64,000 nucleotides of DNA. Origin: Eremomyces bilateralis CBS 781.70. Lineage: Eukaryota. Of the stretch, positions 13,020-24,733 are shown one piece after another. Within the stretch, counting starts at the first letter, position 1; the number at the start of each line of letters is the position of its first letter. The stretch lies in the NCBI GenBank assembly GCA_010015585.1, contig ML975180.1; one strand, 5' to 3'. The translations under genes and the position numbers were made by a program. Under the pieces are notes generated by a model, which made no database searches, was not told the origin of the DNA, and was given only the letters and a program-made list of their open reading frames with translations.

Positions 13020-15190
13020 TAATGAGAAGGGGAAACAAGTCGCAGCGGCGCGGCAAAACGGATACACCACGAGACTGCGTACTATGAATCGATCTAGGCC
13101 GACGACCTAACCCCAGCATCGCGCCCTATCATAGACGCAATCGAGAGGCGAGTTGGCTATGTGTGGAAGAAGTGGATAGAGTGTATTCAAGGCTAGGATT
13201 TCCCAAGTTTTAGACTAACTGTCTATACCTCTAATCAGATACTGTTCGCTCCGAATCCTTGACCCCGACGCTCTTGCCCGCCTGCGAAACATCAGCGTAG
13301 CCGAGATCCGGGGATTCATGCTCTGGTATCTGGACAACCATGCTATGACAAAGCTGAATTCCTTCTATGTGCTGATGCGTTACTGGCGGATGATGTACGC
13401 TCGGAAGTTATACCAAAGGCTTGACCTTGTCATCGCTTCGGATATGAAAGACGTAGGGCTGTGGCTCCCTCTAGAGACTGTCTCTGCAGTATCTTTAACG
13501 TATGGTTAGTTCATCGGCACCGTCATAAAAAGCGAGTACAGCTTGAGTGAAGGTATAAAAAAGAAGCCTGTTATGAACGTAGATGATATATACTTGCTCC
13601 TATTCTCCTACTGCGCGATATCGAACGAGTACTACGCGCACGAGCGGGAAAGAGTTCAACATAGTCTGATTATCCTTTTCATGATCAGCACCTCTACAAG
13701 GCCGTCGACTCTCGTCGAAGGTGGCGGCTACTATAACACAAGCGAATGCCTGAAGTACAAGGATATTGAGATATTCAAGGTCAACGATCCAGAACTCCCC
13801 TCTCAACAAGTCTTTTCTTATAAGAGTCCGGCTTCGGCTTCTCAAGGGCAAAAGAGACAAGGGCCTGCCGTAAGTGTTATGCAACCCCTTTTGAGTTCAC
13901 ATCGGCTAAGGTTATAAAGGATCAAGGTGATGTTTTGTGAGCGAGACGATAATCTTTCTTTTTACGCCATTCTGCAGGTTTTAGGTCTCGCCTTCGTCAA
14001 TAACGCCTTCGACAGCGACTGGATCAAGCAGCCTAAGGACTTCCATACATTTTCGGTCCCATCTCACCAGAAAAGTGTGCAACTACATTAGAAAGAGTTA
14101 ATATATGACATTACGATTCTCCGGCGATCTGTTGTTCGCGGCGGAGAGGTGACCATATTACCGGATAAATCGGTTCAGTATATGAATCTCTATTACCAGA
14201 ACGCGCGACTAGGCATATCTGCTGGCTTTGCAGATACTCTCGGGCTATACAGCTATCGCAGAGGTGCTGGTGAAGTGATTGATTGTAAGCGCACATTCTC
14301 ACTCCTATGTACATTCCTACGCCAGCAATTTTCCTACATCCGCGTGCTTTCTTGGCCTTGTTGGGGCTTCCCTTGCTAACGTCATTTCTAGACGTAGCTG
14401 GTTCAGATATGGGGAGCTTTGTAATGTAATGGACCATGCTCGTACAAGTCTCTTTGAGCGCTATTATCGTAATAGCGTTGTCCAGCTCGACTCGGTATCT
14501 GCGTCCCTCGAAGTGCCTTCCAAAGACGCGCTGATCAAACTGGCTGGGCATATGAGTTTGACCCGGGATCCCTTCGCGGCCGACTTGATTAACGTCGAGA
14601 CCTCCGCAATTGACTGCGATCATGGTATCCAAGAAATCGAGAAGTCGTCGTGCCTTCCGCTTCGGAAAAGCGTCATTGAAACTTTTGGGAAGATTAAGAA
14701 CGGAAGGGGCACGGAGCTCAGCGATACGTCCTAACGCGAGCGAAGCCATTTACGCAGCGAGAGGATCAAGGTGAAATGGGTACTCGAAGTAGAAGTCCGG
14801 TGATAGTATTTCCGAACCACCGGGACTAGGTATATCGATGAACAGCGACGCGGCATCACTCGTGAGTATATCGAGCCGAAACCTGTATTCCAATTCGAGG
14901 AACGGGAGAGACTAGCAGCGCTCCTCTTCTAGAGCCGAGATGTTCGGCAAGTATCTAAGGAAGAGATTTACGAACAGCGCATTGCAGCGATGGGTAACCT
15001 GATCAGCCTATGCGGTCGGCATTTGCCTCGCCCTGCGCCCCGTCGTCATCTCTCGTTGCGAGATAGATCTCTAGAAGAGATCCCCGAGGAGGCGAAAGAT
15101 TTGGACCCCGATCTCTTCCCGTCCGGGCACCCAATGCCTGTTTTGTCTCGGCAGTCAGAGTCTAGGGCCGCAGTCTAGAATATTCGCGCA
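13020..15190 (+). pseudogene. DUF3435 tyrosine recombinase ('captain'), multi-exon, with frameshifts and nonsense codons; 5' boundary approximate
   Basis: KPVMNVDD...HERERVQHSLIILFMISTSTRPSTLVE...LKYKDI; YSYRRGAGEVID; NVMDHARTSLFERYYRN...GHMSLTRDP; C-terminal TQCLFCLG. Confidence 0.85.
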
Positions 15191-15426
15191 GTCACTAGCG
15201 AAATTGGCTTCCGCTTAAACGCAGCCCTAAACGTCGTTCCAACTTGCCGCAAGGGTGTTTCACTGTTACTATCATCTTAAGGCGTAATTTGGTTTTAAAG
15301 CCTTTGAATTTCTAATCAAACATTACTCATCGGCTGTCGCCACTTGTGCTATTCATGTAGTATATAAAAGACACTATCTGTAAGGGAGGTGGGCGCGGAG
15401 GAGGTTAAAGAATGCTTAGGGCAATA

Positions 15427-18400
15427 TCACAAAGTAAGTTCCATGGTCATAACTCTTCCAGATGTATATCCGAAAGCAACAATACCCCCAGAAACAGCAA
15501 TAATGCTTGGCCGATACTCGCGAGGAAGCCAAAGGATCCGCTCGGTATGGCTACTTACCCAGTTGTCATTGACAAAGATAGAAGACGGATATTGTAGACT
15601 GGTTACACCTATACCACCAGAGAGAGGGAGTAAAATAGGCAAGGATCCACGGTCTGTCTGGAGAGAGGTACCATCATCGGAGAAAGAGAGAGCGTAGACG
15701 ATGTCTCCCATATCATGCGTTTGCTGTAGCACGCCCGACCCGACATCCCACAGCTTGACCGTCGCATCGTCCGATGCCGACGCCAGCGTCTTGCCGTCCG
15801 GAGCGAAGGCCACGGCGTAGACCCAGTGCGAATGGCCCTTGAGCGTCTGCTGTAGCGTTCCGGACCCGGCGTCCCATAGCTTGACAGTCCTGTCGTTCGA
15901 TGCCGACGCCAGCGTCTTGCCGTCCGGCGCGAAGGCCACGGCGAGGACCGAGCCCGAATGGCCGTCGAGCGTCTGCTGCAGCGCGCNNNNNNNNNNNNNN
16001 NNNNNNNNNNNNNNNNNNNNNNNNNNNNNNNNNNNNNNNNNNNNNNNNNNNNNNNNNNNNNNNNNNNNNNNNNNNNNNNNNNNNNNNNNNNNNNNNNNNN
16101 NNNNNNNNNNNNNNNNNNNNNNNNNNNNNNNNNNNNNNNNNNNNNAGCGCGCCCGACCTGGGGTCCCACAGCTTGACCGTCCAGTCGTTCGATGCCGACG
16201 CCAGCGTCTTGCCGTCCGGCGCGAAGGCCACGGCGCGGACCGAGCGCGAATGACCCTTAAGCGTCTGCTGAAGCGCGCCCGACCCGGCGTCCCACAGCTT
16301 GACCGTCCCGTCGTTCGATGCCGACGCCAGCATCTTGTCGTCCGGCGCGAAGGCAACGGCGAGGACCGAGCCCGAATGGCCGTCGACCGTCTTCTGCAGC
16401 GCGCCCGACCTGGGGTCCCACAGCTTGACCGTCCAGTCGTTCGATGCTGACGCCAGCGTCTTGTCCGGCGCGAAGGCCACGGCGAGGACCGAGCCCGAAT
16501 GGCCGTCGAGCGTCTGCTGCAGCGCGCCCGACCTGGGGTCCCACAGCTTGATCGTCCNNNNNNNNNNNNNNNNNNNNNNNNNNNNNNNNNNNNNNNNNNN
16601 NNNNNNNNNNNNNNNNNNNNNNNNNNNNNNNNNNNNNNNNNNNNCCGTCCGGCGCGAAGGCCACGGCGAGGACCGAGCCCGAATGGCCGTCGAGCGTCTG
16701 CTGCAGCGCGCCCGACCCCGCATCCCACAGCTTGACCGTCGCATCGTCCGATGCCGACGCCAGCGTCTTGCCGTCCGGCGCGAAGGCCACGGCGTAGACC
16801 CAGCTCAAATGGCCCTTGAGTGTCTGCTGCAGTGCGCCCGACCCGGCATCCCACAGCTTGACCGTCGCGTCCTCCGATACCGACGCCAGCGTCTTGCCGT
16901 CCGGCGTGAAGGCCACGGCGTAGACCCAGCCTAAATGGTCCTCGAGCGTCTGCTGCAGCGCACCCGACCCGGCGTCCCACAGCTTGATCGTCCTGTCGTT
17001 CGATGCCGACGCCAGCATCTTTCCGTCCGGCGCGAAGGCCACGGCACAGACCGATTCCGAATGGCCGTCGAGCGTCTGCTGCAGCGCGCCCGACCCAGCG
17101 TCCCATAGTTTAATCGTCCCGTCGCTCGATGCCGACGCCAGCGTCTTTCCATCCGGCGCGAAGGCCACGGCGCGGACCGAGCGCGAATGGCCCTCGAGCG
17201 TCTGCTGCAGCGCGCCCGACCCGGCGTCCCACAGCTTAACCGTCGCATCGTCCGATGCTGACGCCAGCGTCTTGCCGTCCGGCGTGAAGGCCACGGCGCG
17301 GACCGAGCGCGAATGTCCCTTAAGCGTCTGCTGCAGCGCGCCCGATCCGGCGTCCCATAGATTGACCGTCGCATCGTCCGATGCCGACGCCAGCGTCTTT
17401 CCGTCCGGCGCGAAGGCCACGGCACAGACCGATTCCGAATGGCCGTCGAGCGTCTGCTGTAGCGTGCCGGACCCGGCGTCCCATAGCTTGACCGTCCTGT
17501 CGTTCGATGCCGACGCTAGCGTCTTGCCGTTCGGCGCGAAGGCCACGGCGAGGACCGAGCCCAAATGGCCGTCGAGCGTCTGCTGCAGCGCGCCCGACCC
17601 GGCGTCCCACAGCTTGACCGTTCTATCGCTCGATGCCGACGCCAGCGTCTTTCCGTCCGGCGCGAAGGCCACGGCGTAGACCCAGCCTAAATGGTCCTCG
17701 AGCGTCTGCTGCAGCACACCCGACCCGGCGTCCCACAGCGTGACCGTCCTGTCGTTCGATGCCGACGCCAGTGTCTTTCCGTCCGGCGCGAAGGCCACGG
17801 CGCGGACCGAGTCCGAATGGCCCTCGAGCGTCTTCTGTAGAGCGCCCGACCCGGCGTCCCACAGCTTGACCGTCCTGTCGTTCGATGCCGACGCCAGCGT
17901 CTTTCCGTCCGGCGCGAAGGCCACGGCGTAGACCGAGCCCAAATGGCCCTTGAGTGTCTGCTGCAGCGCGCCCGACCCGGCGTCCCATAGTTTAACCGTC
18001 CCGTCGCTCGATGCCGACGCCAGCGTCTTTCCATCCGGCGTGAAGGCCACGGCGCGGACCGAGCGCGAATGGCCGTCGAGCGTCTGCTGCAGCGCGCCCG
18101 ACCCGGCGTCCCACAGCTTGACCATCCTGTCGTTCGATGCCGACGCCAGCGTCTTTCTGTCCGGCGAGAAGGCCACGGCGTTGACGCGGTCCGAATGGCC
18201 CTCCAGCGTCTGTATTACCGCATGCCATTTCTCCTTAACCCTTGGCGAATTTCGTATCCATCTAGGCATACAGTTTACGAACTGCTGTCTTATTATACTT
18301 ATTGTCGGTGCGAATACGAGGGCACTGCAGTACGTCTGAAGGGGAGCCTGCTCGATAATATGTCGGTTATAGAGCACGAACCGCTTCGCATCATGGATAA

Positions 18401-20217
18401 ATTTCGAGAGACTAGGACAGCCACTTAACTGGCCAAATTGTTAGCGAATACTCTGTAATATGCTGTAGATAGTTATACTAACGGAAGTAAACGACCCCAA
18501 AGATGTGATAGCATAAACTCCTTCCGACACCATTCCCATCCATCCAAGGGCCTCGAGCCAGTGAAGAAGATGTTCCTGTAAGAATTGATGCACTTGACCA
18601 TTATCGTAAAGTCGAGTACCGCTTTTCTGGAGGTGCTGGATCCAGTAAAGACATGCATACTGGACTTCAGGAGGTAAACTTTGTGTAACTCGGCGTCTCT
18701 CGGCATTGGCTACAAGCATGCCGGGGGCATTCACGCAACATATATCTTGCTTGAGTGATAACGACATAAGCTGGATACAGCTGTTGGTTAACACTTGGTG
18801 GGCTTTCTTCTCGTCTACCCATAAGTTTGGATCTCCGCATCTCTTTTCATCGAGGAGAAAGTCGCGAAACGAAGGGTGATGCAGACGAAGTGGATATATG
18901 TCGACCTTGGGAATGTTTAGAATCGCATGAAGATCCCTGAGCACCTGACCAATATTTTGCTTGGGGATATTAAGTAGCCTGTGAAGCGAGCCGGCAGAGA
19001 GCGGGGAGAAGAGCACCACGATGCTTCCAAGAATATGACTTTGCATGCCATACAATGCTTCCTTCTCTTTCGCTAAGTAACCTAACCGGATAGATTTCTT
19101 TAGGACGGTAGTATAGAGCTTATTAAGGTGTACTTCTGGATGCTCTTCTGGTGCAGGAATAGAGGTACTACCTTCTAACAAAGTTTGCACTCTTTCGTCT
19201 GCGAGATAACCTTCTTGAATGAACCGACAAGCGGTTGCGGCCCAAATGAACAATCCCCCTGCAGTCTGGATCAGGCTTTTGATAATCTCTTCGCCTGGCC
19301 AGGAGTCATCTAGAGAGTGCTCCTGTCCAATGAGCTTAAGATTATACTCGAAGAAAACAGAGATATCGTGATCTACGATAGAGGGTGATATGCTGTGAAG
19401 TACAAAATCCTGGATATTCGCATTCGGTAGCTGACGGAATCCATATCGGATTGGAATTTCAGGTCGGCTTGTCAGCAAGACTCGTAGTCGAACCGTCTTT
19501 AACAATCGAGCTTCAGCTAAGAGGTGTATGATAATCCGGATGTTATTGTCACCGTCGCACTCATCGAGCGCATCAACGACAAGAATGTACGAGGACTGGC
19601 CACCGTTTTCACCTAGCTTTAATAGTGGACCTAGGATAAGTTGCTGCCACTGGTCACGGAGGGACTGGCTCGCAATGTCGCGGTGCTCTATGATGGCATC
19701 GCAAATGTACTGTTGGAGAGAGGGTATGTTGTTCGCCAGCTGCCACGCAATGCTCGTGATGAACTTGCCTGCATGGTTGACATCCCCACCGCCGCGCGAG
19801 AAGAAGAAGCTGGCTCCGAGATGCTTCTCATCGAAGCCTCTGCGGGCGACAGTGCGCGCAATTGTCGACTTGCCCGTGCCGGCCAAGCCGTTCAACCAGA
19901 AAATAGAGCGCCCATCTTGCCTGTCAGCCCAGTTGTATATCTCTTGGAGGAGGTCGACGCGGGTATCGGGAAGGCAGGCCGGGTCGTGTTGTCGCTGGTA
20001 TGTATTGAACGGCGCGTCCTTTGCGGTAGGGAGGGAGTTGAGCACATCGTTCAAGTCTAGATTGCCAGTAAGCTTCCTGCTGCTTTGAGGCCATAGCCAG
20101 CTAAGCACCCTCACTTTTGCTGCTCCCAAAGTTCACAGACCCATGGATAGTGCCAGCCACGACCTGCGAATTCTGGTTGGCGGACACACCACTAATAAGT
20201 TGAGTGCTGCCTGACAT
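15427..20217 (-). CDS. NACHT-WD40 NLR (NWD/HET-E-like); exons ~20217-20115, 20056-18483, 18428-15427; two N gaps in the repeats
   Basis: P-loop [14 protein letters not shown], Walker [31 protein letters not shown]; at least 18 near-identical 42-aa WD40 repeats; introns with GT/branch site/AG keep the frame. Confidence 0.93.
15720..18210 (-). repeat. Tandem 126-bp WD40 repeat array with high internal identity
   Basis: Unit [42 protein letters not shown] repeated; assembly gaps fall inside the array. Confidence 0.97.
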
Positions 20218-21380
20218 GAGCTTGGAATAGCGACGCTAATTCGCTCTCTTCTGGCGCATGTTGCTGTGTATGTGGGCATGCGAACACCTGGGAGTGAGTT
20301 CATGTCTGTATGCAGATGAGGTTCATCCTCAATCCTCAACTAGCGAATGCATTCGCAAGGCTCGCCAATCAACACTCCTGCCTTGCCGCTATCCACTGCT
20401 GGAGAGCGGCTGTCGGCTGCAAGGTAGGGCGGACCTAACACCAAGACCATTTGTCGACACTATCAAAGCGAGCATCTTCCATTTCGGCGGCCAACGGGCG
20501 CTGTACCCCCTCCGAACTTGAAGCAATGTCTTATATCACTCAGGTTGACTGTATTTATAATATCAAGCGCGAAAATAGAAATGGAAATGTTATCCACTAT
20601 CTTTCGTCAAAGTAGGAACCCTTGATTGTGGACTGTGGAGTTTCTAGACTGGCCACGGCCGGTAACCCTGCCGCCCTGTCATCCTCTATAATTATCCTTA
20701 TTACTCTCTAAGCCGGCTTGGTTTTGGCACGCGATGCTTATAGACACATTCTTCCGGTCCTCGAATGCCTCGAGGTCGCCGCGGCCGCCCTTTCTGTCCC
20801 TTCTGCTACGGCAGAGGCTAGTTGCAGCTGGGAGCGGAGTCGTGTCGGTCATGCGCGAGCGAGAAGGGGAGAGCGATTGGGTGACAGGGGCCCGTTAGGG
20901 AAAGGTGCAAGGAAAGGCGAGGAGGGCGAAGGAGGTGAAAGGTGGGGACAGTTTAGAGGAAAGAACGAAGATGGAGAAGTCCGAGCTAGGGAAGAGGACA
21001 CCCAAAACCAGAAACGGCAGGTGACCACCCCCGCCACCATGTCGAATATTTTTAAAAAGTCACACCTTGCATCGTCTATCATTCCTTACACTTAGTTAAT
21101 ATCCATGGCTTTTCTGAATCTCAATTCCAATATGTACTTCCCCGACACAATGCGGTGGTGCAGGGCAGCTATAGACCCCCCTCTTGCCTCACCTCAACCG
21201 AGGGTTGTGTGAGAAAATCGTGATAGGGCCAAATTCGAGGCCCCCTGCCCAGCACCACCAAAACCACCATCAAACCACTCATACAGCAAAATATCACTTT
21301 CCAGGCGGTTCACATGTAAATTTGAGGCTGTAGATTTCTATGTAAATAGTAATGTCGCGAGAGTTTCAGGCGTTGAGCTC

Positions 21381-22464
21381 TTAATAACGTGATTGAAGCC
21401 CATTTCGCTCTGCAATCTCTGCCATCCTGTCAGGCATAGATTCGATATAGGAATCGATCTCATGTTGTGGAATCTTGTTCCATTCATCGATGATCGCATC
21501 CTTGAGCTCTCCCTGAGTTTTGGGATGCCGTTTACGCTGTTTTAAGCGCTGTTTTAGGATCCTCCAGACGTTCTCAATTGGGGACATATCTGGAGGTCCG
21601 CATACCAAGGAATCCCCCATTCAGACATGAACTTTTTCACCCTATTAGTCTTGCTCCGGGTTCCGTGGCACCCATCATTTTCAACCTCGAGGAGGAAGGG
21701 CCTCCCTTCCTTCCGAAAACGCTGGAAAAGGGGGACGATATAGGGCTTCAAGATCTCGTCGCGGTAACGGGTCATATTGAGTCCAGATTCGCGACCCCCC
21801 GGCCTCTCCTTTTTGTGGTATTCGTAGAATACGAGGTGGCTCTTATATCCCATCCCTACGGCACCCCAGGCGTGGAGGACATTTTTTGGTCTCTTTTTCC
21901 TATGCTGAATGCAATCAGGGCAATACCGCTCCTCTTTCCCGCGGATTACCCACTTTGAGTTCTCCATACCAAGATGGAAATGGGCCTCATCTGAGAAGAC
22001 AACGTATCGCCAGAGGGGAGTCCAAAGGCGGTGGTCCTGAGCGAATTGGTAGCGCTTGATCCGGTTCTCCTCCTTGATATACGGTTTTTGACAGGCACGG
22101 CACTTCTGGAATCCCTCACGCTCAACGGCTGATTTAAGGGTCTGCCAATGGCATCCGAGCTTCCAAGATCGCACTATCTCCTCAAATGACTCGATTCGCC
22201 GGTCGTAATGACCGACGAGCCACCGGATAATAGCCTGGATCTGTTCAACCAGGAGACTCCGTGGGCGACCTCTTGCGGTCCCGACCCTGCCTTATTAGTT
22301 CGCCTAGAACTCCTAGCTCTTAAGATACGATATCCTGTGGCCGTTGAAACACCACATCGTTTAAAAATATCGTTATTTGAGAGCTCTGGGCAATGCCTCC
22401 GGAGGGTCCGAACTTCCTCCCTTTCTGGGGTTGACCGCACGTGACTTTCGGGCGCTGGGGACAA
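21381..22464 (-). pseudogene. Tc1/mariner (DDE_3) transposase, frameshifted
   Basis: N-terminal HTH (GVSTATGYRIL), VVFSDEAHF, EVENDGCHG, PPDMSPIENVW spread over three frames. Confidence 0.85.
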
Positions 22465-23161
22465 CGATGGTGTCTGGAGCGGTTCGTACGGTGGTGTAGG
22501 CTTTTTGCGCGGGCGTATAAATCTCTCTCTCTCTTAAACCTACGGTAGGTACTAGACACCTCTGCCGTAAACCACAAGCGACCGCACCACCCCACCCATC
22601 GCGTCGCATATCCAGATGAATCTTGATATTTCAACAGAATGGCTCGTTACCGAATCAAACACTGTTCGAAGGGTAGAAGGTATGGATTTCGAACGATTCG
22701 CGGCGCTGCATAACCAACTCCTTGACCTTGCGGGGACAGGACGACCGTTAGAGGACATGGACCATCGGCCTTGGTGGGAGTTTCATCGTTAGGAAGCCGA
22801 AGTTCTCCCCGAAGGACGACTTTCATCCTCCGTCATTCATTTCCTGAAGCGGATTCGCGTCGAAGACGACTCTACATCTACACTGCTTTTCCGTGGCATT
22901 CGCAGTCGACTTGGGGCCTTTGGAGGGTCTTCAGACTTATCGTGATGGAACTTGAGCTCGCTCTTATGCCACCAACTGATTGAAGCTGCAAAATGAAGGG
23001 CATTACCTACCTTTGCGGGTCTGGCTTGGAGGTTTTCAGGCTTAAGTGTAATGGTCTTGCGCCTTTGGCTCAGACGTGGTTGATTGCCTGACGGCCTGGA
23101 GAGGCGCAGGTGGGGTGAGCCACAAGCAACACGTGACTACCTGCATGGCTTCATGCAATGC

Positions 23162-23974
23162 TTACCTCAGGCTCTCAGGCCCTTCAGTGGGACGCAAAGG
23201 CGCTAACCCAAAATGGGTCACCCACACGAAGGGCCTGAGACAAATTTGAAATTTTTTGGTGGCGTTGACGTTCGTGGCATGCAAATTGGTGAGCATTCAG
23301 GTCAACATCATCAGCTTCATGGAATGATTCTACGCGCAATATAGACCAATTCTATCTCAAAAATTTGGAATTCGGAGCTATGGATCCCAGCTATCGACCA
23401 TTCTGCTACACAAACTACCGCGCCCCCCTGATCGCGAGTCCTTGCCTTCGATGTTGGAGGCGGTAACAATGAAGATGGAGCAGATGCGCCATTTTCTGCT
23501 ACAGTCGAAGAAGAAGATCCTTTAGAAACCATATTCAGAGATCGGCTGTCCAAGAGTTCTACGTCAGTTCAGCAAGCATATACGAATCAATAGGCAGAAG
23601 GAACTCACTCTCTTCCGTCCTTAAGGTTCGCTGTTAGTTATTAAATAGTTCTCGCATCTCCAATATCAATGCTGCAACCTACTACTATTACTCAGGTCTC
23701 AGGATTCTTCATGACTACTTAGCCACCTCGCCTAATGAGATCGGGGATTTAGGAATATGTTTGGTTGCCGACTTGGACGCGCTGTTTGGCTTCGTACTTT
23801 GACTTGATGTCGATTTCGAGACGAGTTCGCAGCGGAGCTTGGAGGGGCAATTTGCATGCCACGAACGTCAACGCCACCAAAAAATTTCAAATTTGTCTCA
23901 GGCCCTTCGTGTGGGTGACCCATTTTGGGTTAGCGCCTTTGCGTCCCACTGAAGGGCCTGAGAGCCTGAGGTAA
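23162..23974. mobile_element. Non-autonomous element with perfect 127-bp terminal inverted repeats (23162-23288 / 23848-23974)
   Basis: Arms TTACCTCAGGCTCTCAGG...GCATGCAAATTG are exact reverse complements; 559-bp spacer without a credible ORF. Confidence 0.8.
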
Positions 23975-24050
23975 CTTCATGTAGTGTGTAGCAAACTGCA
24001 TGGCCGCCCCAGGCATATCAGCAGACTTCCTTGAGAAGAGAGAGATCTTC

Positions 24051-24082
<32 letters not shown>

Positions 24083-24091
24083 TAACTGAAT

Positions 24092-24322
24092 TCATAACGT
24101 TAAACTATGGTATCGAATCCATTTGACTCGAACCCTCACATTAAGACGCGTTCCCTCTTCCCGTATTACCCTCCCCTTTGTCTGTTCGTTAGGGTCGATA
24201 TGCGCCTCGTCCGTAAATGCGATTGAATCCCAATACCCAAAGAGAGGCTGCTCACGGCCGAAGCGCCCATACCCCACTCTCTCCCTTTTATTCTTAGCCG
24301 AGATAGGTTTCACTTGCTCCAT
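24092..24322 (-). pseudogene. Tc1/mariner transposase fragment
   Basis: KPISAKNKRERVGY...YWDSIAFTDEAHIDP...VIREEGTR (first catalytic D region only). Confidence 0.65.
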
Positions 24323-24733
24323 CTTGAAACGTTGGGCACTGCAACGGTCGACGAGGTTTTTACCGAGGCTGGTGAGATTTCATTGAAAACGGAAAACAGC
24401 GCTATACCAGATACCGTAGGGCGTTGCTAAACTACGAACGGAAGTTCGGTAGCACACAGATTACGTAGTAATTATGAGCTTGGAATCTTCAATGGAAAGC
24501 CGGATATCACATGGCACTTGGCAGGGACCCCTGCCTCCAGCGGAAATCCTTAATGGCACCGTTACTCAGGATCGCTACTTCAATGATCACCCGAATTCCT
24601 TTCCAACAGTCCAATCCTCTCGAGGGTGGTCTATTAGATGTGTAATACCGAATACGTTGGTGATATCAAAATTCGAGTCGTTCACCGAGTCTCCTTTTAA
24701 GTTTTCTCTCTGTTTCTCTGCATTTGTCAAGTC

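Larger units (their letters stand above)
12524..24458 (+). mobile_element. Starship-like giant transposon (~12 kb), captain degraded
   Basis: TIR TGTGTGCTACCGAA (12524-12537) / TTCGGTAGCACACA (24445-24458); flanking DRs TACGGAATAA (12511-12520) / TACGTAGTAA (24462-24471); DUF3435 is the first gene. Confidence 0.8.

Noticed and set aside
15609..18428. Many overlapping alternative-frame and antisense ORFs, and a CRISPR-like periodicity
   Set aside because: By-products of the GC-rich 126-bp WD40 coding repeat; no unique spacers; eukaryotic context
22682..22900. Gene relic starting MDFERFAALHNQLL
   Set aside because: Short, disrupted and not assignable to a family
24050..24083. (TTTC)n tract, and the 9-bp tandem repeat at ~5836-5872
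   Set aside because: Ordinary simple repeats
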